Shown: positions 8,749-19,869 of the stretch, one piece after another
Position numbering within the stretch: position 1 is the stretch's first letter
How the letters are laid out: every line of letters starts with the position of its first letter
Source: Verrucomicrobiota bacterium
Lineage (GTDB): Bacteria > Verrucomicrobiota > Verrucomicrobiia > Limisphaerales > AAA164-E04
Direction: 5' to 3'
Length of the DNA: 64,000 nt
Assembly (NCBI GenBank): GCA_047947115.1
Contig: CP170459.1
Coordinates: 4,608,001 to 4,672,000, forward strand
Notes under the pieces: model-generated
What the model saw: only the letters and a program-made list of their open reading frames with translations
What the model was told of the DNA's origin: nothing
The model's database searches: none
Program-made: the position numbers and the translations under genes

Positions 8749-11700
8749 CTACCGCCCCAGCATGTTTGCGAGACCACTTTTCAGATCTTCCAGTATCAGG
8801 TAACCCGCCGGCACCAATATCAGGGAGATGGCGGTCGCGAACATAACTCCGAAGGCCAACGAAATGGCCATCGGAACGAGGAATTGTGCCTGCACACTTT
8901 TCTCAAGAATCAGTGGTACCAACCCCACGAAGGTGGTCAGTGAGGTCAACAAAATCGGACGAAACCTTGCCACTCCCGCTTTCCTCACAGCTTCCAAAAG
9001 TGAAAGCCCCTGTTCTCGTTGTCGGTTGATGTAAACAACCAACACCAGATTGTCATTCACCACCACTCCTGATAGTGCAACGATTCCGAACATGGACAGA
9101 ATCGTCAATGGTAGTGCCATGATGATATGCCCCCATATCGCTCCAACCAAACCAAATGGAATGGCAGACATCACGATGAATGGCTGAAGGTAGGATTTGA
9201 ATGGTACGGCAAGAAGCGCATAGATGATAATCAATGCCAGTGGATAACCTTTTAGGATACCTTTGATGGTGTCCTGCTGCTCTCGCCGTTCACCTTCCCA
9301 TGAATACTGGAGATTAGGGAAATCCTGCATGAGTTTTGGAAGGAAATTCGCGTCAAGATCCGCAATGATCTCGGTTGTATTACCTTTACTCGCATCAACA
9401 TCGGCAGTCACATTAATTGACCTTCGACGATCGACGCGTTGAATGGTTGAGTAGCCTCGTCCACGGGTAACCTCGGCAACTTCCTCGAAAGGAACCTCCG
9501 TCCCGTCAGGTAACCGCACACGCATGGATTCCAGCGAACCAATCGATCGGCGATCATTTTCCGGATAACGAACCATCACGCGCAATTCGTCGCGTCCGCG
9601 TTGTATCCGTTGGGCCTCCTCTCCATAAAAAGCTTGTCGCACCTGTCGCCCCAGATCAGCCTGTGTTAAACCGAGTGCCTCGGCTTCCGGTTTGATGGAA
9701 AGTTTCATCTCCTGTTTTCCCTCGCGAAATGAATCAGAAATATCTTGAATCCCCGGGTAGCTGGCCAGGTGCAGTTTCAACTGATCGGCAGCCTGCCGAA
9801 GCTTGTCGAAATCCTTACCCGTGAACTGGACGTTTATGGGCTCGCCTGAAGAAAAAATCGAAGCCGTAAAAGTCAGATCCTCGACACCTGGAATCACATC
9901 GGTCAAATTCCTCCAGTCATTGGCCAGATCATCGCTGCTGGTTCCTTCACGCAATTCAGAAGCGGTCAATTCCACGTGCACCTCCCCCAGATGAGGACTG
10001 GATATGTTCGGAACAAATTTACCGGCACCTTCCTGCTGTGTTTTGCTGTAAGGTTGCTGCCCCACAGAAGCCAGGACATGCCGAAAAACACTTCCCTCTT
10101 CTTCCGTCCTGCCTTGATCCATTTCGGTTTGAAGTTGAAGTGCGCTGTCAGATAATTTTTTAACCGCCTCACGGGTAACTTGGACAGGGGTCCCCTGTGG
10201 CAGAGTCAGGATCGCCGCCACGTTGTCGCCTTCAACAGGCGGGAAAAACTGAAACTTCACCCAACCGCCAAGCACCAGACCAACCGTCACAAAAAACATG
10301 CCAACAGCCACGGACAATGAAAGATAACGCCATATCAGCGCCTTCTCCAAAAGAGGGGCATAAACGGCATGTATAAACCTGTCAACGCGTCGGGTAAATC
10401 CTTGTTGAAATCGATGCCAAATCATCAACGGATGCCAACGGGGCCCACCATCAACGTCTTTATCGTCAATTCGAACCCGATGACTGAGGTGAGTGGGCAA
10501 AACAAACAACGATTCGATCAATGAAAACAAGAGGGTTGGGATGACCACCATGGGAATACCCCGCATGATTTTCCCTGTATTCCCGGGCACGATCAGCAGT
10601 GGAATGAAGGCCGCCACGGTGGTCAGCACCGCAAAAATGACGGGTTTACTCACTTCTTGCGCCCCAAGAATGGAGGCTTCAAGTGCATGCTCATGATTTT
10701 CCTGATGGGCATGAATGTTCTCACTGACCACAATGGCATCATCCACCACAATCCCAAGTACCAATATGAAGGCAAACAGAGACAACAAATTGATGCTGAC
10801 ACCCATGATAGGCATCACCCAGAGCGTCCCAAGAAACGACACAAACAAACCAACACTCACCCATCCGGCCAATCCCAACCGGAGAAACAAGGCAAGCGTG
10901 GCAAACACCAAAGCCAGTCCGTAAAGCCCGTTTTTCACCAACAGTTCCTGGCGACTTCTCAGGTAAGACGAGTCATCCTGCCAAGTGGTCATCAGAACCC
11001 CTTCGGGAAGCGCCGATTTGTTGGATGCCACATAATCCCGAACCGCCGAAGAAATCTCCAATGCATTTTGGTCCCCCACACGAAATACCTGCACCATGAC
11101 AGATGGTTTGCCATCGAAAAAAGCTTCCTGATCAGTTTCCATGAAACCATCCACCACATTGGCAACATCTTCGAGCAATAACCTGGTTCCATCCGGACGA
11201 GTTAGCAATACGATCCGACCAAACTCTTCCCCCGTGTAGGACTGCCCTTTGGTTCTGAGAAGGATCTCTCCCCCATCCGTTTTGACCGTTCCTCCCGGGA
11301 GATCGAGTGAGGAGCGCCTCACCGCGTTCGCAACGGTGTCAAACTGGATCCCGAATTTCCTCAGAGCGCTCTCTGACACCTCAATGGAGATTTCGTATGG
11401 CCGCACGTTGGCAAGTCGGACCTGGGTGATTCCGGGAATGGCGGCGAGTTCGTCCCTGACACGCTCACCGATTCGTTTGAGAGAACGCTCATCCAAATCT
11501 CCGGCAATGGCAACGTTGATGACCTGCTTTTCCACTAGAATCTCCTCGACAATCGGCTTCTCCGCCAATTCGGGAAATGTGTCAATGGCATCCACCGCGG
11601 CCTTGATTTCATCCAAAGCCTTGGACATGTCGGTGCTGGGCAGCAATTCGGCACGTATGGTTCCCATGCCTTCCATTGCGGAAGAAGTAATTTTTTTGAT

Positions 11701-11931
11701 CCCTTCAATACTTTCGATCGCTTCCTCAACCTTGATACAGACGCCCTCTTCGACCTCTGCCGGGGCTGCCCCAAGATACTCGACACTGACGGAAATCATA
11801 TCCGTGCTGACGGTCGGAAAGACCTCGCGTTTGGCGCTACTCAAGCCGGTGAATCCGGCGACAACCAGTCCAACCACCAGCAAATTGGCAGCCACATTAT
11901 TTCGAGCAAACCACTGAATCACACCGTTCAT
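8749..11931 (-). CDS. RND efflux transporter permease (AcrB/AcrD/AcrF family)
   Basis: 1060 aa; LGIVVDDAIVVSENI, GVVVND, RFRPILLTSLTT. Start overlaps the upstream stop (ATGA). Confidence 0.93.
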   Translation of the reverse strand: MNGVIQWFARNNVAANLLVVGLVVAGFTGLSSAKREVFPTVSTDMISVSVEYLGAAPAEVEEGVCIKVEEAIESIEGIKKITSSAMEGMGTIRAELLPSTDMSKALDEIKAAVDAIDTFPELAEKPIVEEILVEKQVINVAIAGDLDERSLKRIGERVRDELAAIPGITQVRLANVRPYEISIEVSESALRKFGIQFDTVANAVRRSSLDLPGGTVKTDGGEILLRTKGQSYTGEEFGRIVLLTRPDGTRLLLEDVANVVDGFMETDQEAFFDGKPSVMVQVFRVGDQNALEISSAVRDYVASNKSALPEGVLMTTWQDDSSYLRSRQELLVKNGLYGLALVFATLALFLRLGLAGWVSVGLFVSFLGTLWVMPIMGVSINLLSLFAFILVLGIVVDDAIVVSENIHAHQENHEHALEASILGAQEVSKPVIFAVLTTVAAFIPLLIVPGNTGKIMRGIPMVVIPTLLFSLIESLFVLPTHLSHRVRIDDKDVDGGPRWHPLMIWHRFQQGFTRRVDRFIHAVYAPLLEKALIWRYLSLSVAVGMFFVTVGLVLGGWVKFQFFPPVEGDNVAAILTLPQGTPVQVTREAVKKLSDSALQLQTEMDQGRTEEEGSVFRHVLASVGQQPYSKTQQEGAGKFVPNISSPHLGEVHVELTASELREGTSSDDLANDWRNLTDVIPGVEDLTFTASIFSSGEPINVQFTGKDFDKLRQAADQLKLHLASYPGIQDISDSFREGKQEMKLSIKPEAEALGLTQADLGRQVRQAFYGEEAQRIQRGRDELRVMVRYPENDRRSIGSLESMRVRLPDGTEVPFEEVAEVTRGRGYSTIQRVDRRRSINVTADVDASKGNTTEIIADLDANFLPKLMQDFPNLQYSWEGERREQQDTIKGILKGYPLALIIIYALLAVPFKSYLQPFIVMSAIPFGLVGAIWGHIIMALPLTILSMFGIVALSGVVVNDNLVLVVYINRQREQGLSLLEAVRKAGVARFRPILLTSLTTFVGLVPLILEKSVQAQFLVPMAISLAFGVMFATAISLILVPAGYLILEDLKSGLANMLGR

Positions 11932-13118
11932 TGATGGTCCTCACTGTTTTGGAATATCGGATTGACTTTGACACCTTCCATTGGAATCTCCAGAGACGAC
12001 ACACATACCACCTCCCCTTCATTCAAACCGGAACCAATGACTGCTTCATCACCTGCATACTGAATGATACTGACTTCCCTGAATCGGATTCGATTGTCCT
12101 CATCAACCAGCATCAACTGATTCTCACGCACAATGGAAGACCTGGGCACGACAAAGGTGGCGCTTTGCACAACACCCTGAATCCTTGCTTTTACAAATGT
12201 CCCGACTTGCAGCGGAGCAGACGCATGCTCTCCATGGGCCAGGCCGAACGGATCATTCACTTCCGCAATCAGAGATATCATGCGCGAACGTTCATCAAGA
12301 CCTCCGGAGGTCCGGTTGATGTCAGCTTTCCACGTATGCTCACCACCGGCGTAATCACTCGTTAACATGACCTGAACCGGCTCCACGCTGCCGCCCCCAT
12401 CCGGAACTCCCAATCGTGGATCAAGGAACGCCAGCTCACTGACTGCCACTGGCAACTGAACTTCCATTTTGGAAACATCAAAAACACGCGCAAGCTCCTG
12501 TCCCCTCCGCACGAACTGCCCTCGATCCACCGATTTTACCATAATACGCCCATCAAACGGCGCCCGGATTCGCGTGCGCTCCAAGTCTTTCCTCGCTTTT
12601 ATCAACGTGGCCTCGGCCGATCGAACCATCGCCTCAGCCTCCTTCAGTTGAGGTTCACGCAGCAGCAGTGGCGTGGCACCTTCCACAAACTGTGATGACA
12701 ATGCCTCCCAATCCTGACGCGCCAGTTTGGACTCGGCCTTGATGGTTTCCAGCTTGAGACGCGCACCGGCCAGCTGTGACTCCGCCTGAGCCACGAGTGC
12801 TTCGTAATCCGTCGCATCCAAATGTAAAAGAATGTCCCCCCTGGAAAAGAAACTTCCCTGCTGAAACGAAGACGCCGTCTTAGTCACCACACCGTCCAAT
12901 TCGGACATGAGAGGAATGCTGGTTGATGCCCGGACGGTACCCTGACTTTGAACCTCGAACACTTTGGGCGCCAATTTGACGCGCAGGACTTCAACGACCT
13001 GGTCAAACGGCTCCAAAGGTATGGGCTGTGCACGACGTCCGAACTTGACCAACAGGACGGTCAATACGGCACAAACGAAGACGACAAGAATTGGTAAAAT
13101 GATCTTTTTTCGGTTCAT
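11928..13118 (-). CDS. RND efflux periplasmic adaptor (membrane fusion protein)
   Basis: N-terminal anchor MNRKKIILPILVVFVCAVL, SQGTVRA, helical hairpin, LERTRIRAPFDG. Start revised from 13271 to ATG 13118. Confidence 0.9.
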   Translation of the reverse strand: MNRKKIILPILVVFVCAVLTVLLVKFGRRAQPIPLEPFDQVVEVLRVKLAPKVFEVQSQGTVRASTSIPLMSELDGVVTKTASSFQQGSFFSRGDILLHLDATDYEALVAQAESQLAGARLKLETIKAESKLARQDWEALSSQFVEGATPLLLREPQLKEAEAMVRSAEATLIKARKDLERTRIRAPFDGRIMVKSVDRGQFVRRGQELARVFDVSKMEVQLPVAVSELAFLDPRLGVPDGGGSVEPVQVMLTSDYAGGEHTWKADINRTSGGLDERSRMISLIAEVNDPFGLAHGEHASAPLQVGTFVKARIQGVVQSATFVVPRSSIVRENQLMLVDEDNRIRFREVSIIQYAGDEAVIGSGLNEGEVVCVSSLEIPMEGVKVNPIFQNSEDHQ

Positions 13119-13125
13119 GCTGAAA

Positions 13126-14610
13126 TTAATTTTGCGACAATACGGGTGGGGCGCTTGATAGAGGAGAAAGCGGAGAGTCAGCAGCTTCAAAGCCCCCGCC
13201 GAGAGCCAGCAGCAAATCAACGCGGTTGACAAACAACAAACGCCTGACTTCGATGATCTGGGTACGATCATTCAAGTACCGGCGCTGAGATTCAAGAACG
13301 GCAAAAATATCAGCCACCCCCTGTTGATACCGATCTTCGGCAAGCCTCAAAGCAGCTTTGGATTGATCAACAGCCAACTGCAGGCTGGTATGCCTCTTCC
13401 TCAACCAATGATCGGACTGCAATCCTGTTTCCACCTCACCAAAAGCCCGCAGCAGACTGGAATGATACTCCGCCAACGCCTCCTGTATCCGCGCCTTGGA
13501 CAAATCGATTCCCGCAAGCAGACGCCCCCCTTGAAAAAGAGGTTGGGCCACGTTCGAAGCCACACTCCAAACGGTAAAATCCGAACTCAGCAGATCATCC
13601 ATGGACGCAGTGCTGGTACCTGCCGTCCCTGTGAGACTGAGTCTTGGGTAGAGCGCCTTTCGTGCCGCATAAAGACGGCTGTCCGCAGCTTTCAAACGCC
13701 ATTCGGCAGCTTGTAAATCCGGACGTCGCAACAAAAGTTCCGAAGGCAACCCCGCAGGCACCTGGCCGGTTGGGAATGGGAGCTTGGTCACAGAATGGAA
13801 CTGGCCATCCGGAAATTCACCCGTCAACATTTGCAACAGACGGGTGGCGATTTCCAATTGTTCGCGACGCTGTTGAACCAGAGCTCGCGCATTCTCGGCG
13901 CTGTTCAAAGCAAGTCGCACTTCAAGCGATGGTTTGACTCCATTGAGGTACCTCCTTTTCACCAACTCGGAGGTAGTGGAAAAATTTTCGTCAGTCTCGG
14001 TCGCCAACTCCCACTGAGTTTGGGCCGCCACAACCTGAGCCCATGCTTTGGAGACTTGAGCGGCCAGCGACATGCGATAGTAAATATAATCCTGTTCCGC
14101 AGCTCTGAGTTCATGCGATACCGCCTTTTTGCCCGCCCTCAATCTGCCCCATAAATCCACCTCCCAGGATGCGTTCAGATTCAGTCCATACGATTTGAAG
14201 CGGGTGGTAAGGACATCACCTCCGGAACCAGGAATAGGCAGCCCGATGAAATTCTGCTTGGTTTCGCTCCCTGCGAATCCTGCCCCCACGGAAGGCAGCA
14301 CCTCCGCACCGGCAATCCGCGCATTGGCAACCGCAAGCTGCAACCGAGCCCCCATTGAGGCCAGGTCGGGACTCTGCCGAAAAGCGGCATCTATCAGTCC
14401 GTCCAACTCTTCACATCGAAGCTCATCAAACGCCGCACCGGTCATCGTGTCCGGCAGCCTGCCAGAGGCCGAACTCCAATGATCAGGAGGAGAAACGGAC
14501 TTGCTGGCGGGCTCAGTCAGGTTTGTCGAGCGACATCCCATCCAGGCAATCGCAACCGCAACCAGGCACCCCATTCTGAAGTACATTCTTAACATAACCT
14601 TGAAAATCAT
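13126..14610 (-). CDS. Efflux outer membrane lipoprotein (TolC/OprM/NodT family)
   Basis: Lipobox-like AWMGC, SWEVDLWGRLR, PAGLPSELLLRRPDLQAAE, LALGGGF. Confidence 0.92.
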   Translation of the reverse strand: MIFKVMLRMYFRMGCLVAVAIAWMGCRSTNLTEPASKSVSPPDHWSSASGRLPDTMTGAAFDELRCEELDGLIDAAFRQSPDLASMGARLQLAVANARIAGAEVLPSVGAGFAGSETKQNFIGLPIPGSGGDVLTTRFKSYGLNLNASWEVDLWGRLRAGKKAVSHELRAAEQDYIYYRMSLAAQVSKAWAQVVAAQTQWELATETDENFSTTSELVKRRYLNGVKPSLEVRLALNSAENARALVQQRREQLEIATRLLQMLTGEFPDGQFHSVTKLPFPTGQVPAGLPSELLLRRPDLQAAEWRLKAADSRLYAARKALYPRLSLTGTAGTSTASMDDLLSSDFTVWSVASNVAQPLFQGGRLLAGIDLSKARIQEALAEYHSSLLRAFGEVETGLQSDHWLRKRHTSLQLAVDQSKAALRLAEDRYQQGVADIFAVLESQRRYLNDRTQIIEVRRLLFVNRVDLLLALGGGFEAADSPLSPLSSAPPVLSQN

Positions 14611-15260
14611 TTCCCTCCTATCGACTGTGCCCTGAGCCCCCCGGCGACGAAGGCAACCAGTTGTTCAAGCACTTCATGCTGTGATTCAACATCGCACACA
14701 CCACCGGAAAGAAGAACCGGTCGCTCGCGATCACAAAGGGTATGGCACATCGCACCCAGCATAAAATGAATGCGCCAGTAGAAATCCAAATCCGGCAACT
14801 CGGTCAAAATCTCTCTGAAAGCAGAGGTGTAATTTTCGAACACATCCCGAAACCGGTCTTTGAGAAACAACTGCAAAGCATGAGATGGCTCCGAAAAAAT
14901 ACGCCCGATCAACCTCACGATGTTGTTGGAACCGGGCTCACCACCTCCAGCCAACCTAAGCGCCGGCTCAAATAAGGCTCTAAGTACATCTTCCAATTGT
15001 AGTTCTCCCTTGCCGTTACTTTCCCTCAATGCGGCTAAACGTTCCAGACGCTCTCGATTGATAGGCTCCAACCGACGAGCCAAAACCGCCTGAATAAGAG
15101 ATTCCTTCGAACCAAAATGATAATGGACTGCTGCGATATTGACGTCTGCTTTGGCAACAACAGACCTGAGCGAAGTCCCATCAAACCCCTTCTCCACAAA
15201 GAGCATCTCGGCAGCATCCAAAATTGATGTTTTTGTGTCAGTTGTGGAGGATTCGGACAT
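14607..15260 (-). CDS. TetR/AcrR family regulator (PsrA-like C-terminus)
   Basis: HTH ILDAAEMLFVEKGFDGTSLR..VNIAAVHYHFGSKESL; C-terminal YWRIHFMLGAM and QLVAFVAGGLRA resemble PsrA-type TetRs. Confidence 0.9.
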   Translation of the reverse strand: MSESSTTDTKTSILDAAEMLFVEKGFDGTSLRSVVAKADVNIAAVHYHFGSKESLIQAVLARRLEPINRERLERLAALRESNGKGELQLEDVLRALFEPALRLAGGGEPGSNNIVRLIGRIFSEPSHALQLFLKDRFRDVFENYTSAFREILTELPDLDFYWRIHFMLGAMCHTLCDRERPVLLSGGVCDVESQHEVLEQLVAFVAGGLRAQSIGGK

Positions 15261-15271
15261 CTCAAAATTCT

Positions 15272-15289
15272 TTCAAACGTTTGTTTGAA
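15272..15289. promoter_or_regulatory. Palindromic TetR operator TTCAAAC-N4-GTTTGAA
   Basis: Perfect 7-bp inverted repeat 11 bp upstream of the tetR start codon; matches the PsrA-type consensus (C/G)AAAC-N2-4-GTTT(G/C). Confidence 0.7.
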
Positions 15290-15382
15290 TTTGCAAGTAG
15301 TTTCAGATCAAGTCAACAGAGGTTTTAGAAAAATTCCCAAGCCCACCGATTCCACCCCATGAGGAAGCCCGACTTAACTTAT

Positions 15383-15545
15383 CAGCTCATGCATACGTCC
15401 ATTTCCAACTTATATGCGACATGGAGTCACGATCGTCGCTTCAGCTGAAAACACATGTGAAATCAAAGTCGATGCAAACGTTCCGGCCAGATTCCCGGAA
15501 GTGATTTCCGTCGGCAGTTCAACAGCAGAACCGGGAAACGGAAGA
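15383..15545 (+). pseudogene. Remnant of a subtilisin-like S8 peptidase gene
   Basis: With one frameshift near 15419 it reads [51 protein letters not shown], resembling the S8 segment G-x-x-VVxAAGN...PA-x-PEVIxV. Confidence 0.5.
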
Positions 15546-15708
15546 GTGACACGAAAAACATTGCATCCCCAAACGTGCCACCTTGGCACGATCATGAAGG
15601 CCACCAACAGAGTCATTGTGTCTCACGTAATCACTTCACAATGTCTCACACCATACAACCAAAAACCTTATCACGTTCTTGTACTTCATGTTACACACCT
15701 CCAACAAT

Positions 15709-15725
15709 CTGGCACCCCAAGTGCT
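15709..15725 (+). promoter_or_regulatory. Putative sigma54 (-24/-12) promoter of dnaK-groES-groEL
   Basis: CTGGCACCCCAAGTGCT has TGGCAC and exact GG-N10-GC spacing, ending 35 bp before the dnaK ATG. Confidence 0.6.
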
Positions 15726-15760
15726 GCTGGGGTTTCAAACGAACGAAAGATTTTTTCGAA

Positions 15761-17713
15761 ATGGCAAAAGTATTAGGCATAGATCTTGGGACCACGAATT
15801 CATGTATGTGCGTGATGGACGGAGGTGATCCGCTCGTCCTCGAAAACTCAGAAGGGAAACGCACAACGCCTTCAGTGGTAGCATTCAGCAAAACAGGCGA
15901 ACGCTTGGTAGGTGACGCGGCAAAAAGACAGGCGGTTACCAACTCCAGGAACACGATCTATTCCATCAAGCGCTTCATGGGGCGCAAATTCGATGAAGTG
16001 CAAGAGGAACTCAAACGCGTCCCCTATAAAGTAGTGAAAGCTGCCAACGGAGACGTGGCGGTGGAAGTGGAGCAGAACGGCGAGACCAAACAGTACAGCC
16101 CACCCGAAATCTCCGCGATGGTTCTCTCAAAACTGAAAGCCGACGCGGAAAATCGCCTGGGCGAAAAGATCACCCAGGCAGTCATCACCGTACCAGCCTA
16201 TTTCAACGACTCCCAACGCCAGGCCACCAAGGACGCCGGTAAAATCGCCGGACTCGAAGTGCTCCGTATCATCAATGAACCTACCGCTGCATCCCTCGCC
16301 TACGGACTGGACAAAAAGAGCGACGAGAAGATCGCCGTTTATGATCTGGGCGGTGGCACCTTTGATATCTCCGTGCTGGAAATCGGAGATGGCGTCTTCG
16401 AAGTAAAAGCGACCAACGGAGACACTCATCTGGGAGGTGACGACTGGGACAATGCCCTGATGGACTACATTCTCGATGAGTTTAAATCCGATTCCGGTAT
16501 CGATCTCCGAGGACAATCCGACGCCCTTCAGCGCATCAAAGAGGAAGCCGAAAAGGCAAAAATCGCTTTGTCCAGTTCACAGGATTACGACATCAATCTA
16601 CCGTTCATCACAGCGGACGCCTCCGGTCCCAAACACATCGCGCTCAAGCTGACCCGTGCAAAACTGGAACAACTCTGCGACACCCTGTTTGACCGTACCA
16701 TTCAGCCAACCAAAGCTTGTTTGGATGATGCAGGCATGGGAGCCAACGAAGTGAACGAATTAGTGTTGGTGGGTGGAATGACACGTATGCCCAAGGTGGT
16801 GGAAACCGCACACAAACTAGTCGGCAAAAAGCCGCACCAAGGGGTCAACCCTGATGAAGTGGTTGCCATCGGTGCAGCCATCCAGGGCGGTGTATTGAAA
16901 GGCGATGTCAAAGACGTACTGCTCCTTGATGTCACACCTCTTTCACTTGGCATTGAAACACTCGGCGGCGTGTTCACACGTTTGATCGAACGCAACACCA
17001 CCATCCCTTCCCGTAAATCGGAAATATTTTCCACGGCTGCGGATAACCAACCCGGAGTTGAGGTCCACGTGCTGCAAGGTGAACGACAATTCGCAAAGGA
17101 CAACAAGTCCATCGGACGCTTCCAACTGACTGACATTCCACCGGCCCCGCGTGGCACACCTCAGATTGAGGTGACCTTCGACATCGATGCGAATGGTATC
17201 CTGAACGTCAGCGCCAAAGATCTCGGGACCGGAAAGGAACAGAAGATCACCATCACTGCCAGCAGCGGGCTCTCCCAGGATGAAGTGGAGAAAATGAAAG
17301 CCGACGCGGAAACTCATGCAGACGATGATCGCAAACAGCGCGAAGCAGTCGAAACTCGCAACAAGGCGGACAACACCGTCTATCAATCCGAAAAATTCCT
17401 GAAAGAAAGTGGCGACAAAATTTCCGCCGAACACAAGCAGGAACTGGAAAACGCTGTCAAGTCCGTTCAGGAAGCTCTGAAGAACAACGACAACGACGCC
17501 ATCAAGACTACTTCCGACAAGCTTAGCGAGATCTGGCAAAAAGTTTCCACAGAGCTTTACCAGCAGGCAGCGGCCGCACAAGGAGCAGGCGCCACCCCGA
17601 ATCCTGAAGGCGGAGAACCAGGCGCACAGTCTGAGGCTCCAAAGCAGGGCGCCGGCGACAAAGACGAAGGCCCTATCATTGATGCAGAAGTGGTCGATGA
17701 GAAGAAGGACTGA
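15761..17713 (+). CDS. dnaK: Molecular chaperone DnaK
   Basis: [48 protein letters not shown]. Start revised to ATG 15761. Confidence 0.98.
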   Translation: MAKVLGIDLGTTNSCMCVMDGGDPLVLENSEGKRTTPSVVAFSKTGERLVGDAAKRQAVTNSRNTIYSIKRFMGRKFDEVQEELKRVPYKVVKAANGDVAVEVEQNGETKQYSPPEISAMVLSKLKADAENRLGEKITQAVITVPAYFNDSQRQATKDAGKIAGLEVLRIINEPTAASLAYGLDKKSDEKIAVYDLGGGTFDISVLEIGDGVFEVKATNGDTHLGGDDWDNALMDYILDEFKSDSGIDLRGQSDALQRIKEEAEKAKIALSSSQDYDINLPFITADASGPKHIALKLTRAKLEQLCDTLFDRTIQPTKACLDDAGMGANEVNELVLVGGMTRMPKVVETAHKLVGKKPHQGVNPDEVVAIGAAIQGGVLKGDVKDVLLLDVTPLSLGIETLGGVFTRLIERNTTIPSRKSEIFSTAADNQPGVEVHVLQGERQFAKDNKSIGRFQLTDIPPAPRGTPQIEVTFDIDANGILNVSAKDLGTGKEQKITITASSGLSQDEVEKMKADAETHADDDRKQREAVETRNKADNTVYQSEKFLKESGDKISAEHKQELENAVKSVQEALKNNDNDAIKTTSDKLSEIWQKVSTELYQQAAAAQGAGATPNPEGGEPGAQSEAPKQGAGDKDEGPIIDAEVVDEKKD

Positions 17714-17816
17714 CGGACAATCAACATTCCCTTTAACAACAAACTGTATTTCAAGAAAGTCTTCAGCGAGTGTTGGAGACTCAAATTCCGAAAACAACAA
17801 GACATCAAATAAAAAT

Positions 17817-18110
17817 ATGGCACTAAAAGTAAAACCTCTCGGCGATCGCGTGCTCGTGGAAGCCGTTGAAGAACAAGAAGTGAAACAGGGTGGCATCATC
17901 ATCCCTGACTCCGCAAAGGAAAAACCCACCGAAGCCAGGATTGTGGCACTCGGAACCGGCAAAACCGGCGATGACGGCAAAAAATCGGCATTCGAAGTCA
18001 AGGTCGGAGACACGGTCCTGATCAGCAAATACGGCGGCACCGAAATCAAGGTGGACGGCAAGGAATACAAGATCCTCAACTCGGACGATATCCTGGCTGT
18101 TCTCGGCTAA
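17817..18110 (+). CDS. groES: Co-chaperonin GroES
   Basis: [30 protein letters not shown]. Start revised to ATG 17817. Confidence 0.98.
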   Translation: MALKVKPLGDRVLVEAVEEQEVKQGGIIIPDSAKEKPTEARIVALGTGKTGDDGKKSAFEVKVGDTVLISKYGGTEIKVDGKEYKILNSDDILAVLG

Positions 18111-18161
18111 GAACCGGTTAACGAACAAACCGATACCCTGAACAATTTTAAACAGAAATAG

Positions 18162-19802
<1,641 letters not shown>

Positions 19803-19839
19803 TCCACCCGGAATTCATTCCGATGTATTTATACCGCAC

Positions 19840-19869
19840 GGAGGCCGACCATGTCGGCCTCCTTTTTTT
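19840..19869 (+). terminator. Intrinsic terminator after groEL
   Basis: GGAGGCCGAC-CAT-GTCGGCCTCC followed by T7. Confidence 0.9.

Noticed and set aside
15733..15741. TTTCAAACG identical to half of the TetR operator, just upstream of dnaK
   Set aside because: Only a half-site with no inverted partner; it could easily be chance.
15575..15760. Cys/His-rich N-terminal extension of DnaK in the ORF track
   Set aside because: The canonical start [14 protein letters not shown] is at 15761; the extension spans the promoter.
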